Shown here one piece after another: positions 26,401-37,000 of a DNA stretch of 64,000 bases (positions within the stretch are counted from its first letter, which is position 1; each line of letters begins with the position of its first letter). This stretch comes from Lama guanicoe. Lineage: Eukaryota. The DNA is taken from positions 3,304,399 to 3,368,398 of the forward strand of contig MU053934.1 of NCBI GenBank assembly GCA_013239625.1, in the 5' to 3' direction. The notes beneath the pieces were generated by a model. The model did no database searches and was not told the origin of the DNA. It saw nothing but the letters and a program-made list of their open reading frames with translations. A program made the translations under genes and the position numbers.

Positions 26401-29400
26401 CGTCAGTCTCACACTCAGCCCCCTTACAGACCAGCACCCACTGGGACCCTGCCAGAATCACATACCCTTGGCAGAATCACACTTTCTTCAACCACACACA
26501 CACACACACACATCACAGTCCCACAAACACATATACACAACACTGGGACACTGTACTCCTTAAGGAGATAGGCAGGATTTTGACAGCCACACAAACTCCC
26601 TGTGTAAGCATCAGGGCCCTTACACATCTCCCTAATAGGACAGGTGCCAACCAATAGCATTCACACACCTGGTCCCCCGTAACCTCACTAAACCTCCAGA
26701 CAGGTGTTGTGATCTGTCCCCTTTGCAGATGGCAGATGGAGGCTAAGTGATGGATCATGGCTGTGCAGCTGGCCAGAGCTGAGCTAAGATTCGAACCCAC
26801 AGGCCTGGACCTCTCCCTAGCTGTCACCTCCCACCGCGACCAGACATCTCCCCAGGGACCTAGCAGGGGCCTCAGATCAGTGCGTGAGCACTCGTGTGCC
26901 CCCAGACCTGGGCTCCTCTCACTCTTCCCTTTTTCCCTGGGACCCAGCACCTTGGGGTCACCATGCCTCCTCTCTTTCTCTCACACCCACATCCAATCTG
27001 TCAGCAAATTCTGTCCACCCAATTCTCAAACTACCAGCGTGCGGCCTCTCCCCGCAGCCTCCACGGCCAGCCGCGGTCCAGCCCCCCTCGTCACCTCCTG
27101 CCCACTTTGCTGCCATCACCTTTTCCCCGCTCTGCCTGCTCTGTCCTGCCCACCCTAAGTCTGTTTTCAACACAGCCCCAGGGGAGCCTGTGAAGTAAGT
27201 CAGATCTTTCTCTCCCTGCTCCCTGGCAAACTTTTGCCACCAAACAGGCACCAGATAGTGGAACTCTCTGAAGTCTGGAGCATGGGCCAAATGGGCCAGG
27301 GAATGCTTGTGAATGAATCCATGGTGGGGAGAGGGGAAGACGGGTCCCACAGCAGAGCCCGGCAGGGCACATAAGGCTGCTGGTTTTGGTCCCCGGGAAT
27401 CCTGAGGCTGGCACAGGGCGGTAGGCAGAATTTCTTCTAAGCTGAGGGCTTGCATTTGATTTGTTTCAAGGAGGGACCCTGACAATGGCTAAAACCTCGC
27501 AGGAAAACAAAGGGACAGACAGCCTGCTGGGGTCAGGGGAGGGGGTGGCTGGGGACCATCTGCTACAGAGGAGGGGAGATGTGGGGCTGTCGTTTCTCCC
27601 CCCACCACCCACCCCTGCCCTCGAGGACAGTGGGGAAGAGAAGGTCTCCCCCTGGATCAAAAAACGTGCCTCCCCCAAGCCCAGCCCCTCTGCCTGGGAC
27701 AAAGGCTGCACACGAGCCCTGGCCCGCTGCCACAAAGGCCCACCTGCCACCCGGCCGCCTTTAACCATCTGGGGCGGGTGCCCAGCCCTGTAGTTAACTA
27801 GCTCAGGCCTGCTCCTGATGGCAGAGCTGAGAGAGGCGCCGAGATCCTCCTGCCCTGTGCAGCTGGGAAACTGAGAGCTGAAAGGGGAGCCCTTTGGACA
27901 AGGTCACCAGTAGAAATGAGCCAAAGGGTGGAGATAAAGGGGGCCCAGAGGCAGTGACCAGACTGGGTCTCCCTGTCTCCTCTCCTCTTTCTCTGTTTGA
28001 GCATCCTTCCTCTTTTCGACTCTGCCTGAAAGGACAAGATTCTAGACTCTGCTCCTTGTGCTAGGGGCAAGGATGTGGGGGATGGGAGTGTAAAACTATG
28101 TGAATTCATCTCCTACATCTGCTTAACTTGGCTCAGTTCCTCACCTGTAAAATGGGACTATCAGTACTTCCCACTTGGGTTGTTGTGAGGCTTAAATAGA
28201 TGGATACACCTGATGTATGTCCCTTAGAAGCTGAGAGCTGGCAGGTACTCCCTCTAGCAGCCTGGTCCTCCCAGACCTAGATCCTCAGGCTGGAGGCGCA
28301 AGTGACCAGGTAGCTGTGGGATCCTGAGTCTCCGCAGGGAAGGAGGGGCCCCTGCCGGGAGGTAGGGGCTGGGTCCCACTGGGCTCCGCCCCCTCAGGCC
28401 TCCCGGGTGATGCTGGCAAGCACTTCCTCCTCTCTGGCCTCAGTTCCTTCATCTGGAGCAGGGGCACCACTATAGTGATCAAGACAAGACAGGAAAGGGC
28501 CTCAGACCACGTGAGGCCATGCTCCCGGGTACACACAGACACAGCACCATAAACAGGAAGGTCTGTGGGGAGGGCCAGGCTCAGCGGCTTCCGCAAGCGG
28601 AACCAGAACCTCCCCAAGATGAGAAGCCGCGCAGAGCCCCAGGGAAAAGCCCGAGGTGTGGGTGGCCCAGCAAGGGAAGTGTTCATCCACGGTGCCAAGA
28701 CATCAGGGCCAAGAAATCAGGGTGGGGGTGTCCCCTCCCTAGGGGGCCCTGGCCTTTTCCAGGTACCACCTCCCCTCTCCTTGGTCTCCAGGAGCCCCAA
28801 CCCCCTCCAAAGTCTCAGTCAGTCGCTTCCTCCCACTGTACCAGCCACCAAAGTGGGGCAGCACGTGTGTGTGCCACACACGTGCGCAGGTACGTGTACA
28901 AATCTGCCCCACCACCTCCCCCAGAGGCTGCTCCCAACACCCCCAAATCACTGACTTTGCTTGAGAAGGGCACTGGGTGTGGGGAGGGGAAGACCCAGAA
29001 GGGACTCTGCTTATCAGCGCCGCCTTCCCAGAAAGACACAAGCCGTGCACCCCGGTCACACACACGCCTCATCATTGCACATCTAACACTGACACTTTGG
29101 CTCCATGCATGTGAGAATACACACATGTGTATACACACACACAGACACACACACACATGAAATCCTGCAGGCCAGCGAGGCCTCTACCCCCACCTCTTGC
29201 CCACCACTGCCTCAGCCACCACCATCCCAGCACACACCCTCACTCCCTCCCTCCCTCGGAAACCGCCCCACAGGAAATGGAGCACTGGAGGTGAGGTGCC
29301 AGTCCCCTGGACACACCCTGGGCAGCAGAGGCATGGGGGCAGGGGCTGTCGGGAATTCTGAAAGGATGCCCCCCTGCCCCTCTCCCCAGACAGGTCCCAC

Positions 29401-30134
29401 CAGGACGTTCCCCTCCTCATCGGCTCAGCCCCTGTGCTCCACCCTCACAGCCAAGGCAGGAGGACAACACCCAGGGCCTGGACGGGGGCAGCCTGGCCTG
29501 GACGCATGTCAGAGTCAGGGCCTTGCCCCAGCTGCCCAACACCCACCACTGCCCCCGATGCCAGGCTGGGCCAGGACGGGCAGGAAGGAAACCGGCACTG
29601 CAACAACTAGGGAATAGAGGGACCCCCAGGAGGGACCCAGGAGCCTGGGGTAGGGGCCCAGCCTGGCCCCAAAAAGAAACGAAGCAGAGGACACCTGGCT
29701 CTGGGGCCAGCGAGGGGCACAGTCAGGGCCACAGGAGCCCCTGATGCTGGGAGCAAGGAGGGCAAGACAGCCCAGGTGAAGCAGGTGGGTGAGCAGTTTC
29801 TCCCTCGAGGCCGCCAAGGACCTCAACTCAGTAGAAAGGCCTCTGGGAGTCCCTCCTGGGCCCGCAGCGGCCCACTTGTCACCTGTTCCCTGGTCCTGGA
29901 GACCCATGTGTCCAGCAGCAGCTCCAGGCGGGAGCGGTGGAAGACCCGGGTCGTCTTGACTGCGATGAAGACGTCGTGCAGCTGCAGCTCAGGGAACAGA
30001 CGGCTTGGCGGGCTCAGCCCAGGGGTCTCCAGCCCGCCCTGCGGGGACAGGCTGGAGTGGTACCGGAGGGAGAGGAGCCCCATGCACAGAAGGGTGAGGA
30101 GGGCTCCGGCCAGGCCCCGGAGCCGGCACTGCAT
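17409..30134 (-). CDS. MFNG: Beta-1,3-N-acetylglucosaminyltransferase manic fringe, spliced, 8 coding exons, 963 nt = 320 aa + stop
   Basis: join(complement): 29883-30134, 26097-26145, 25584-25686, 25004-25157, 21930-22015, 19762-19927, 18926-19011, 17409-17475. N-terminal signal anchor, Fringe motifs [53 protein letters not shown]. All introns GT-AG, phases consistent. Confidence 0.98.
17556..17782 (+). mobile_element. MER20 (hAT-Charlie) in MFNG intron 7
   Basis: acatttggggccaggtaattctttgttg...ttagcagcatccc...ggttgagaaccactg. Confidence 0.8.
18926..19011 (-). CDS. MFNG: MFNG coding exon 7 (86 nt), [28 protein letters not shown](R)
   Basis: cacag acceptor, AG|GTGGG donor. Confidence 0.96.
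19065..19083 (+). promoter_or_regulatory. CTCF consensus motif (forward orientation), MFNG intron 6
   Basis: acaCCACCAGGGGGCAtca. Confidence 0.55.
19762..19927 (-). CDS. MFNG: MFNG coding exon 6 (166 nt), [29 protein letters not shown]...QLPEQ
   Basis: ctcag acceptor, CAG|GTGAG donor. Confidence 0.96.
21023..21184 (+). mobile_element. tRNA-Ala-derived SINE (Vic-1-like) with (AAAAT)n linker and target-site duplication
   Basis: tagcatgcacgaggtcctgagttcaatccccagtacctcc core; TSD aaataaggcc at 21013-21022 and 21185-21194; degraded 5' end; inserted in a MIR. Confidence 0.85.
21930..22015 (-). CDS. MFNG: MFNG coding exon 5 (86 nt), [28 protein letters not shown](S)
   Basis: cccag acceptor, AG|GTAAG donor. 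Confidence 0.96.
22224..22284 (+). mobile_element. Extremely 5'-truncated L1 3' end with poly(A) and TSD
   Basis: cacctgaaactaacattgtaaatcaactacacttcaataaaaaa + A tail; flanked by aagagtgatgg / aagtatgatgg. Confidence 0.75.
23790..23990. mobile_element. MIR SINE (representative; many more, e.g. ~685, ~1575-1800, ~4400-4600, ~19440-19660, ~20030-20200, ~42470-42760, ~56150-56300)
   Basis: MIR core ttttacagatgaggaaactgaggcacagagaggt..aaggtcaca. Confidence 0.8.
25004..25157 (-). CDS. MFNG: MFNG coding exon 4 (154 nt), [17 protein letters not shown]...QPHNRT (catalytic DDD motif)
   Basis: cacag acceptor, ACG|GTGGG donor. Confidence 0.97.
25584..25686 (-). CDS. MFNG: MFNG coding exon 3 (103 nt), [34 protein letters not shown]
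   Basis: ctccag acceptor, AG|GTGAG donor. Confidence 0.96.
26097..26145 (-). CDS. MFNG: MFNG coding exon 2 (49 nt), [16 protein letters not shown](G)
   Basis: cctag acceptor, G|GTAAC donor; translated by hand. Confidence 0.95.
29883..30134 (-). CDS. MFNG: MFNG coding exon 1 (252 nt), [23 protein letters not shown]...VSRTREQ
   Basis: ATG at 30134, hydrophobic signal anchor, CAG|GTGAC donor. Confidence 0.96.
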
Positions 30135-30339
30135 TGGCTCGGGGACCTCAGACAGCTCAGCCCCCAAATCCCAACTAGACGGGAAGGTGAGGCTGCTCAG
30201 GCGGGAGCCCCAGCAAAGGCAAAAGTCTGCCAGGCATCAGGGGCGGGCCAGGAGGGGAGAAGTGGGAGCTGGTGCTCTGGCCCTGGAGGCTCAGCCATGG
30301 CAGCCCCACCGCCACCAGCCCTCCACCTGCTCCGCAGCC

Positions 30340-30480
30340 CTCCCGCCACCACCGCCACGGCGGGCTCTGGAGCGCCTGGCCCCGCCTCTGCCTCCAGCGC
30401 AGCCCAGGGGCGGGGCCGGCCCAGGGAAGCCCCAGAGGTGGCTGGAAAGAGGCACTGGCTGAAGGGACAGCCCCGACTTT
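30340..30480 (-). promoter_or_regulatory. Putative MFNG proximal promoter (TATA-less, GC boxes)
   Basis: Local CpG enrichment with ccccgcc (~30380) and ggggcggggc (~30407) about 250 nt upstream of the ATG; TSS cannot be determined from sequence. Confidence 0.6.
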
Positions 30481-31059
30481 GCCAGCTGCCGCAGTGGGGG
30501 TGGGGGCAACAACCCCTCCATGCTTGGATGGAAGGCAGGGGCCCTCCAGCCTTCCCACTCCCCAGGGACCACTGACTAAGCTCATTCAGCACTCTATATT
30601 TTCTAGTGTCCTGGTAGCCAGCCTCCCAGGTTTTGCTCACACCATTCCTCATCCTGGATGCTCTCCCCCAGCCCCCGCCATCCTCACTCATGTTCCCTCT
30701 ACCAGGCTTGATGTTATTTAGACTTTAAGGCTCAGCTCAATTGTTCTCTCCTCCAGGAAGCCCCTCAACCTTGGGGGCTCCCACAGTAGTTCCTTTAATC
30801 TTTACAACAGTACTAGAATTGTTATTTCCAATTTATTGCTGAACACATAAGGCTCAGAATGATCTAAGATGATCCAGCAGCTCAGTCACAGAGCCAGGTG
30901 GAACCCAGGTCTCTGGCCCTCATCTGGCTCACAGGAGGTCCCCTGAGGGTGCATGTCCTGCTGTGGCCCACCATACTCTATCTTACTCAGCAGTCTTTAT
31001 TTCTGCCTCTCTCCCAGCCAAGCCAGTGGATGGAGGACATTCTCCAGCTACCATCTCTG

Positions 31060-31655
31060 TCTTGTTTTGTATAAGGTCACTCACATCTTGTCCTCCCTCC
31101 ACTAGAACACTGCACTGGCTCCCATCTCCCTCAGAACAAAAGCCAAAGATCAGACACCAGCCTACAGGCCCTGTGTAAGCTGGGCCCCTGTTACCTCCAA
31201 CCCCATCTCTCCTACTATCGTCCCCTTGCTCTCTCACTCCAGACCCAGTGGGCTTCTGGCCAGCTCAAGGATACACCCACCTCAGGACCTTTGCACATGC
31301 TGTTCCTGCCTCAGCCTCTCCCTAGAGATCCACACATTTCACACCCTCACCTCCTTCAAGTCTACGCAAATGTTTTCTTCTCCATGAGGCCTTCCCAGAC
31401 TATTTTATTTAAAGTGCAATCCCTTCTCCTCCCTCCTTCCCAGCCCCCCAGGTCTCTCCTTCTCAGGTACCCTTTTCTGCTGTGTTCTCTCCATAGCATT
31501 TTTCATCTGCCAACATCCTGTATATTTTACTTATTTATTGTCTGTATTCCTCATGAGAATATCAGAGCAGAGATTTCTTTTTATTCACTGAATCCCCAGT
31601 GCCTAGAAGAATGCCTGGCACATGGTAGGAGCTCAATAAAGATTTGTTAATTAAA
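31060..31655 (+). mobile_element. L2 3' fragment between CARD10 and MFNG (other L2 remnants near 14130-14560, 20210-20620, 46430-46960)
   Basis: ccccagtgcctagaagaatgcctggcacatggtaggagctcaataaagatttgtt is the L2 3' terminus. Confidence 0.75.
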
Positions 31656-33037
31656 CAGAAAAAAGTACCAGATGGCTGGTGAATTGAACTGGGCCTGCTG
31701 TGGCCCAACCCTGCATTAGCACTGTAGAGGGAGAGCAAAGGAAAATCAATCCTCTGGACTCACTCTCCTATGAGCCAGCCCCGTGCCAGGCCCCTTCACC
31801 GCCCATCTTCTCAGAACAGCATCACCAAGGGATGATCTCACGCTTTGTGTCACACAGACCAGGGGTCAGATCCTGATTTGGCCACTCAAAAGCTGTGTGA
31901 CTCGGGGCAAGTTACTTCACACCTCTGAACTTTACTTTCATTTGTAAAATAGGGACAAAAAGAAGACTTGGTGAAGATGAAAGGATTGGTGGGCTTCTCC
32001 ACCCCATGGAAAGGACATCTAACAAGGGACCAGGCAATCACAGCTGAGACACGGGGCTCCTGCATCTTCCCCTAGACTCCTATGTCCATAGACAGAGCAT
32101 TGGGCCAGGCACACAGCAAGCAATAGGGGAGGTTCATTTACTGAAATGAGCATGACCGAGTCTCCACACCCAGGAAGCCCACAGAGACCCATAATGCTGG
32201 CACAAAACAGAGTATGGCATGGCCCGGAATTCCTAAGGATTGGGAGACTCAGGCAGGCTTCGTAGAAATGGTGCCTGACCCAGACTTCAAAGGACACTGA
32301 GATTTAGGCAGCCCCCACCCCTGGACTTGGCCTTCCCAGTCTCATTTCCTACAGTCCCCAGGCAGCCAAACTCAACCCATTTTCTGCCTCTGAAACTTTG
32401 CTCTTGAGGTTCCCTCCACATAGTAAACCCACTCCCCCAAAAACCTCCCAGAGGCCTGCCCGAGTTCATCATTGTGACTGAGAACAGTTGTAGGAAGACC
32501 AAGAACAATATATAGGCATGTAAGTCCAATAAGCACTTCTTGAAGAAAGGAATCCAACACCTCAAGTTCACGCGACACCTCCTCCAGTAAGCCCACCTGG
32601 ATTTCTTTCATTGGTAGTGACCATCCTTTCTGGTGGAGCAGTCTCAGGGCCCTGATAGTATACTGAGGGTTTGCTCTTAGTCTCCTGGATTCAGCAGCAG
32701 GGCCCCTTAAGCCTAAGACCACACCCAGCCGGGCCAGCATCTCCGCTCCAGGGGCACTCCTCTGATGCTCAGACATAGGCAGGGCTGAGCACAGGGGTGG
32801 CCCATCTGTGGGGCCCCACTCCGGTCATTTAGGGGCAGGTAAGGTGATGCCAGCACAGATGGCAGGCAGCTCTGGGATGAGTCAGGGGCGAAATCTGACC
32901 CTCCCCTCGGGCAAGCAGAGACCTGAAAGGTGGTATCAACCTAAGCTGGGGGTGGCGACACGTGGGTGAATGGAAAGGGGGGGCCCCAGGCCAGGGATGC
33001 AAGCAAGCAAAAGGCCACCAGCTTCTATGACAAACTA

Positions 33038-33043
33038 TTTAAT
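33038..33043 (-). terminator. CARD10 polyadenylation signal (ATTAAA)
   Basis: First A(A/T)TAAA hexamer I found after the stop codon (~760 nt 3' UTR), followed by a GU/U-rich tract (tagtttgtc...ccttttgcttgctt). Confidence 0.7.
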
Positions 33044-33806
33044 GTTCCATAATATGCGGCTTCTGAGTGAAAAAAAGGCCCGTTATAATTTCACGAGCTG
33101 TACATTCTGGTAACTGAGCGGCTGGCCCCTCCCCACCCAGCCCTCCGAGAGGCAGGGCAAGGCAGGGGCGCCATGAGAACATGGTCCTGGGTGTGCTCAC
33201 CAGGAACACACACGTGTTAGTGCCAAGTGTCATGGGAGTGGGGGCATGACATTTACACAGGGGAGAACCACGGATACACGTGACTGGAAGACACGAGGGT
33301 TACAGGTGACAGTGGACCGGGGGAAGCCACAACGCCCCTGTGGAGATACACACAGGAAATGTGAGCCGGACGGGTGGGTCACGAGAGATGGGCTCGGGGC
33401 CCCTGTGAGCAGAAGAGGCCCCAAAGCCAGGAGACCTCGTGCCGGAGGGAGGGGCAGACACGAGCTGCCCCAAAAGAACCCGGGTGTGCAAACCAGTGCA
33501 CAGGAGTGAGAATGCAGATGCTCTGAGGTGAGCAACGAGGGAGAGGACACAGGTGTGCGTGAGACCCACGAGAATGGGTCCATGGAGACACGAGGCCACG
33601 GGAAGGCCCAGAGCAGCAAGTAGAGGGGTGGGCGGAAGCTCTGCCCCGGGGCTCCTGCGGGTGACAGAGCCCAGAGCCCAGAAGCAAAAATCCCAGGACC
33701 TGGGAAGGCTCAGGATGGGGAGGACCCGGCTCCACCACAGACACCAGGGTCCCCGCTGGTGGCTTCTGAAGTGCGTGAGGAAGGCACAGGCATCAGAAGG
33801 GGCCCC

Positions 33807-34044
33807 TCAGGCCTCGCTGCTGCTGCTGCTGCAGCCTCTGGCGCTGCCGCGCTCCACCCACACGAGGCGGGCCTGCTCCTGCAGGATGCGGCCACGCACC
33901 ACCTTGGCCAGCTCCTCCGAGTGGCCCCACTCGTGGGCCAGCACCTGCACCCACGAGCAGGGCAGCCCCCAGAGCACCTGCTCCGAGCCTCGGCACTGCC
34001 GCAGAAGCTCGGAGTCCCGCCAGCCCGGCCGGCCCAGCAGACCC
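33807..34044 (-). CDS. CARD10: CARD10 last coding exon (238 nt to TGA), [17 protein letters not shown]...SSSSSEA*
   Basis: ccgcag acceptor; TGA at 33809-33807. Confidence 0.96.
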
Positions 34045-37000
34045 CTGCGGAGAGAGGAGAGTAGGTGGTGGTCAGGGTGGTCAGGGTGGGGGATAAAGAT
34101 GGACCATGAGACGGAGAGAAGGGGACAGACTAAGATGTGGAGAGCCTGAGAAAAAGGATGGACAAAGAGAGAAAAAAGAGAACGGAAGGCAAACAAAGAG
34201 ATGGAGAAGAGGAAGAGACAGAGACAGAGACAGAGGCATCGGAAAGGGAGAAAGGGGGGTCCCCCCATCCTCCCAGCCCGTCTCACCTGACCTCCCGGAC
34301 ATTCTTCTCAGTCACCTCCACGTGGATGACGATGGGGTAGATCTCGTTCTGGACCAGCTCCCGCACACCCCGCGCACCCAGCTCCAACAAGCAGTGCTTC
34401 TTCTCGGGGGTGGTTCAAGGCTACATTATACTCCCAGGCCAGAGACCCCACTAACCCCCCACCCCCTGACTGGGACCGAAAGCACAGCCCCCTACAGGTC
34501 CTATGACCTCACCCAGAGGGACCTTGGCAACAAGGAAAGAACTGGAAGGGTAGGCCCAAGACCAAGGGACATAAGTCACTACCCACCACTGGACCTCAGC
34601 CTTCCCATCCGTAGAATGGAGCTGACCCCACCCCCAGCAGCCTGGGCCAGCTCCAGGGAAGCGGCAAGTCTGACCACAAGGACGAACAGGTGAAATGTAT
34701 CAGCCTCTAGGGCGACCCACATGAGGCTGGCTGCCCCAGCCCACTAACTTCACAGGTGAGGAAAAAGGCCCAAAGAAGGGAAGGGACTTGCCCAGGGTCA
34801 CTCTGCAGGTGAGCGGCACAGGCCTGCACTCGGACTCTACTCTCGGGCCCAGAGGACCGCCCCCACTCACTGCCATCCTGCCCCAAGCACCTACCTTCCC
34901 AACAGACTCCTGGATGGCACGGATCCTGCTCCCCAGCCCCGGAGGGGCAGGCCAGGCTTTGGGGGCTCCAGGCGCTGAGGATGTGCACTGCTCCTCCCCA
35001 GAGAGGCTTTCTGAAGAGCCAGGAGAGGCAAGAATGAAGGGCCAGTAGGCCTGGCTGCCCCAAGGGTGCTGCCTCCCCTGTCCGGCACGCAGGCTCACCC
35101 GCTGGGCACACTTGGAAGTCCAGGCGGGAGCTGGGCAGGTCTAGGAGGTTGCGGATGAGCCGGGGCGCCAGGCACTCAGGCAGAAGCACCACGGGCCGCA
35201 AGGCAGACACCAGCAGGGGCCGCACCAGGCTGTAGGGTTTGAGGCTCTGCTCGGGCTCTGGGTGGCGGAGCGGGTGCGGAACAGATGAGATTGGGGGCAG
35301 GGCCCCAGCTCATCTTCCCTGGGGCGGCCTTCCTCTCGATACTCAAAACCCCAATGCCTCTCCTAAAGTCACCCCACCCACTTCCCTTCCTAAGTCCCAC
35401 TGCTGCTTCTCCCACAGCCACAGCAGAGCCGCCCCTCCCTCTCTGGGACCCATGCAGTAGGCTCCTCCCGGATCCTCTGCCTCACCCTTGCCCCCTACAG
35501 GCCATTCTCCTCTCAGCAGCTGGAGAGAGGCTTTAAAACTGAAGTCAGATCCTGTTAACTACCCTGCTTTCAAAGCACCAGTGACTTCCCACAACTCTCA
35601 GGAAAGAGGCCACATCCTCCATACGGGTGACCCAGCCCTGCCAGAGCCTGGAGAGGCAGCGAGCCACGTGCCCCATCACAACAGCCTCCATTCCTGCCTC
35701 ACAGCTCAACAGCTCTAACCATGGGCTTTTGCATGCCCAGGGGTGACACAGCCCCACCTTTGCACCTCTTGGCCCAGTTAACTCTCCTTTCAGAGCCCAG
35801 GTCACATTTTCCCAGGTCCCCAGATGGGCAGGGTCCCCGGCCTGTGCTCCCATCAGGCCACAATGCGTGACAGAGTTAGTGCTCAATACTCACTTGCTGT
35901 ACTGTGTCCTCCAAACACACTACACTTAGCCATGCCTCTGAGCCTTTGCACAAGCTGTGACTTCTGCCTGGCACAAATGCCTCTTCATTCTTGAAGGCCC
36001 CCGTTCAAACCATCTCCCTTCCAGGAAGTCTTACCTAACCACCCTCTCCTCCTTGCCCTTCAGAACTGCTATTCCCTTATCTGGGCTCCCCTAGTCCCTT
36101 TTCCCTGATCTGGCCAGGCCTCACCCTCCTGCCTCCAGGAACTCCATCCAGGGTTGTCATGGCACCTGCCATCACACACAGGCTAGAAGCACAGCTCTGT
36201 GTGCTTTGCCAGACGAGAACAGGCCCATGCTTGTGCGGGCCCCAAACTCACACAGACCCACAGTCACACTTGGACACGTGTGCCTCCCCCAGCAAGCTCC
36301 CTCAACCCTGGCATCTCCCACCAGGCCCTGGCATGGGCCCTGCCCCCCACCAGAACCCTCCAACAGGCCCTTCAGGACCAGAGGGACCACCAAGGCCAAA
36401 GGACCTCCAGATGTGCACACTCCTGGACACTGTGGGCAGTGCAGGACACGCCTTCGCACCTCTGCACCCACCTGAGCAGGGCTCCAGCAGCAGCTGCTCC
36501 GGGGAGTCCCCAGCAGGACTCCCCACATGCTTGGGCTTCACCAGCCGCAGCTGGTCCAAGGCTCTCTTCTTCAGCTGGGGTGGGGGTAGGGAAAGAGGGG
36601 CACCTGAGAGCTCAGCTCCACCCCACCCTCCCGGAGAGGGGGTCCCCCCACTGCCAGTGCTGTCCAGGCTCACAGGTCAGCACAGGAGCCCCCACCCACC
36701 AGGCTTCCCCCTGTCTCCACCGGGCCCAGCACAGCCCCTGAGGCAGGGAGGGTGACCATTACTAAGGGCCTAGGGAAGCAAGCCTGCCAGAGCCAGTTAG
36801 AGCCAGAGGAGCCTTAGATCTCCCCCCACTTTACAGATGGGGAAACCGAGGTCCAGAAATCACACAAGGAGACACACTTTGGAGTCTCTTCCAATGAATT
36901 AGCAACGTGACCTCGGGTAGGAAGACTATGGAAACCAGTAACGACAGCCCTGATTATACCCACAGCTGACAGGTATCGAAAGCCTACAATGAGACACACG

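Noticed and set aside
29776..30575. Plus-strand 228-aa and 212-aa ORFs antisense to MFNG exon 1
   Set aside because: Typical antisense shadows of GC-rich coding and promoter DNA with no domain-like content.
32372..32776. 134-aa ATG-initiated minus-strand ORF between CARD10 and MFNG, with a hydrophobic stretch and a vaguely RT-like segment (RLLHQKGWSLP)
   Set aside because: The DNA reads like L2 remnants (ggcttactggaggaggtg..; ttcctttcttcaagaagtgcttattgg..). There is no YxDD motif, no recognisable homology and no promoter.
34045..34286. CARD10 intron 19 is open in the last-exon frame (159-aa ORF), suggesting coding intron retention
   Set aside because: The intron is 242 nt, not a multiple of 3, and read-through from exon 19 hits TGA at once (AG|G TGA). 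The openness reflects a TC-rich low-complexity tract.
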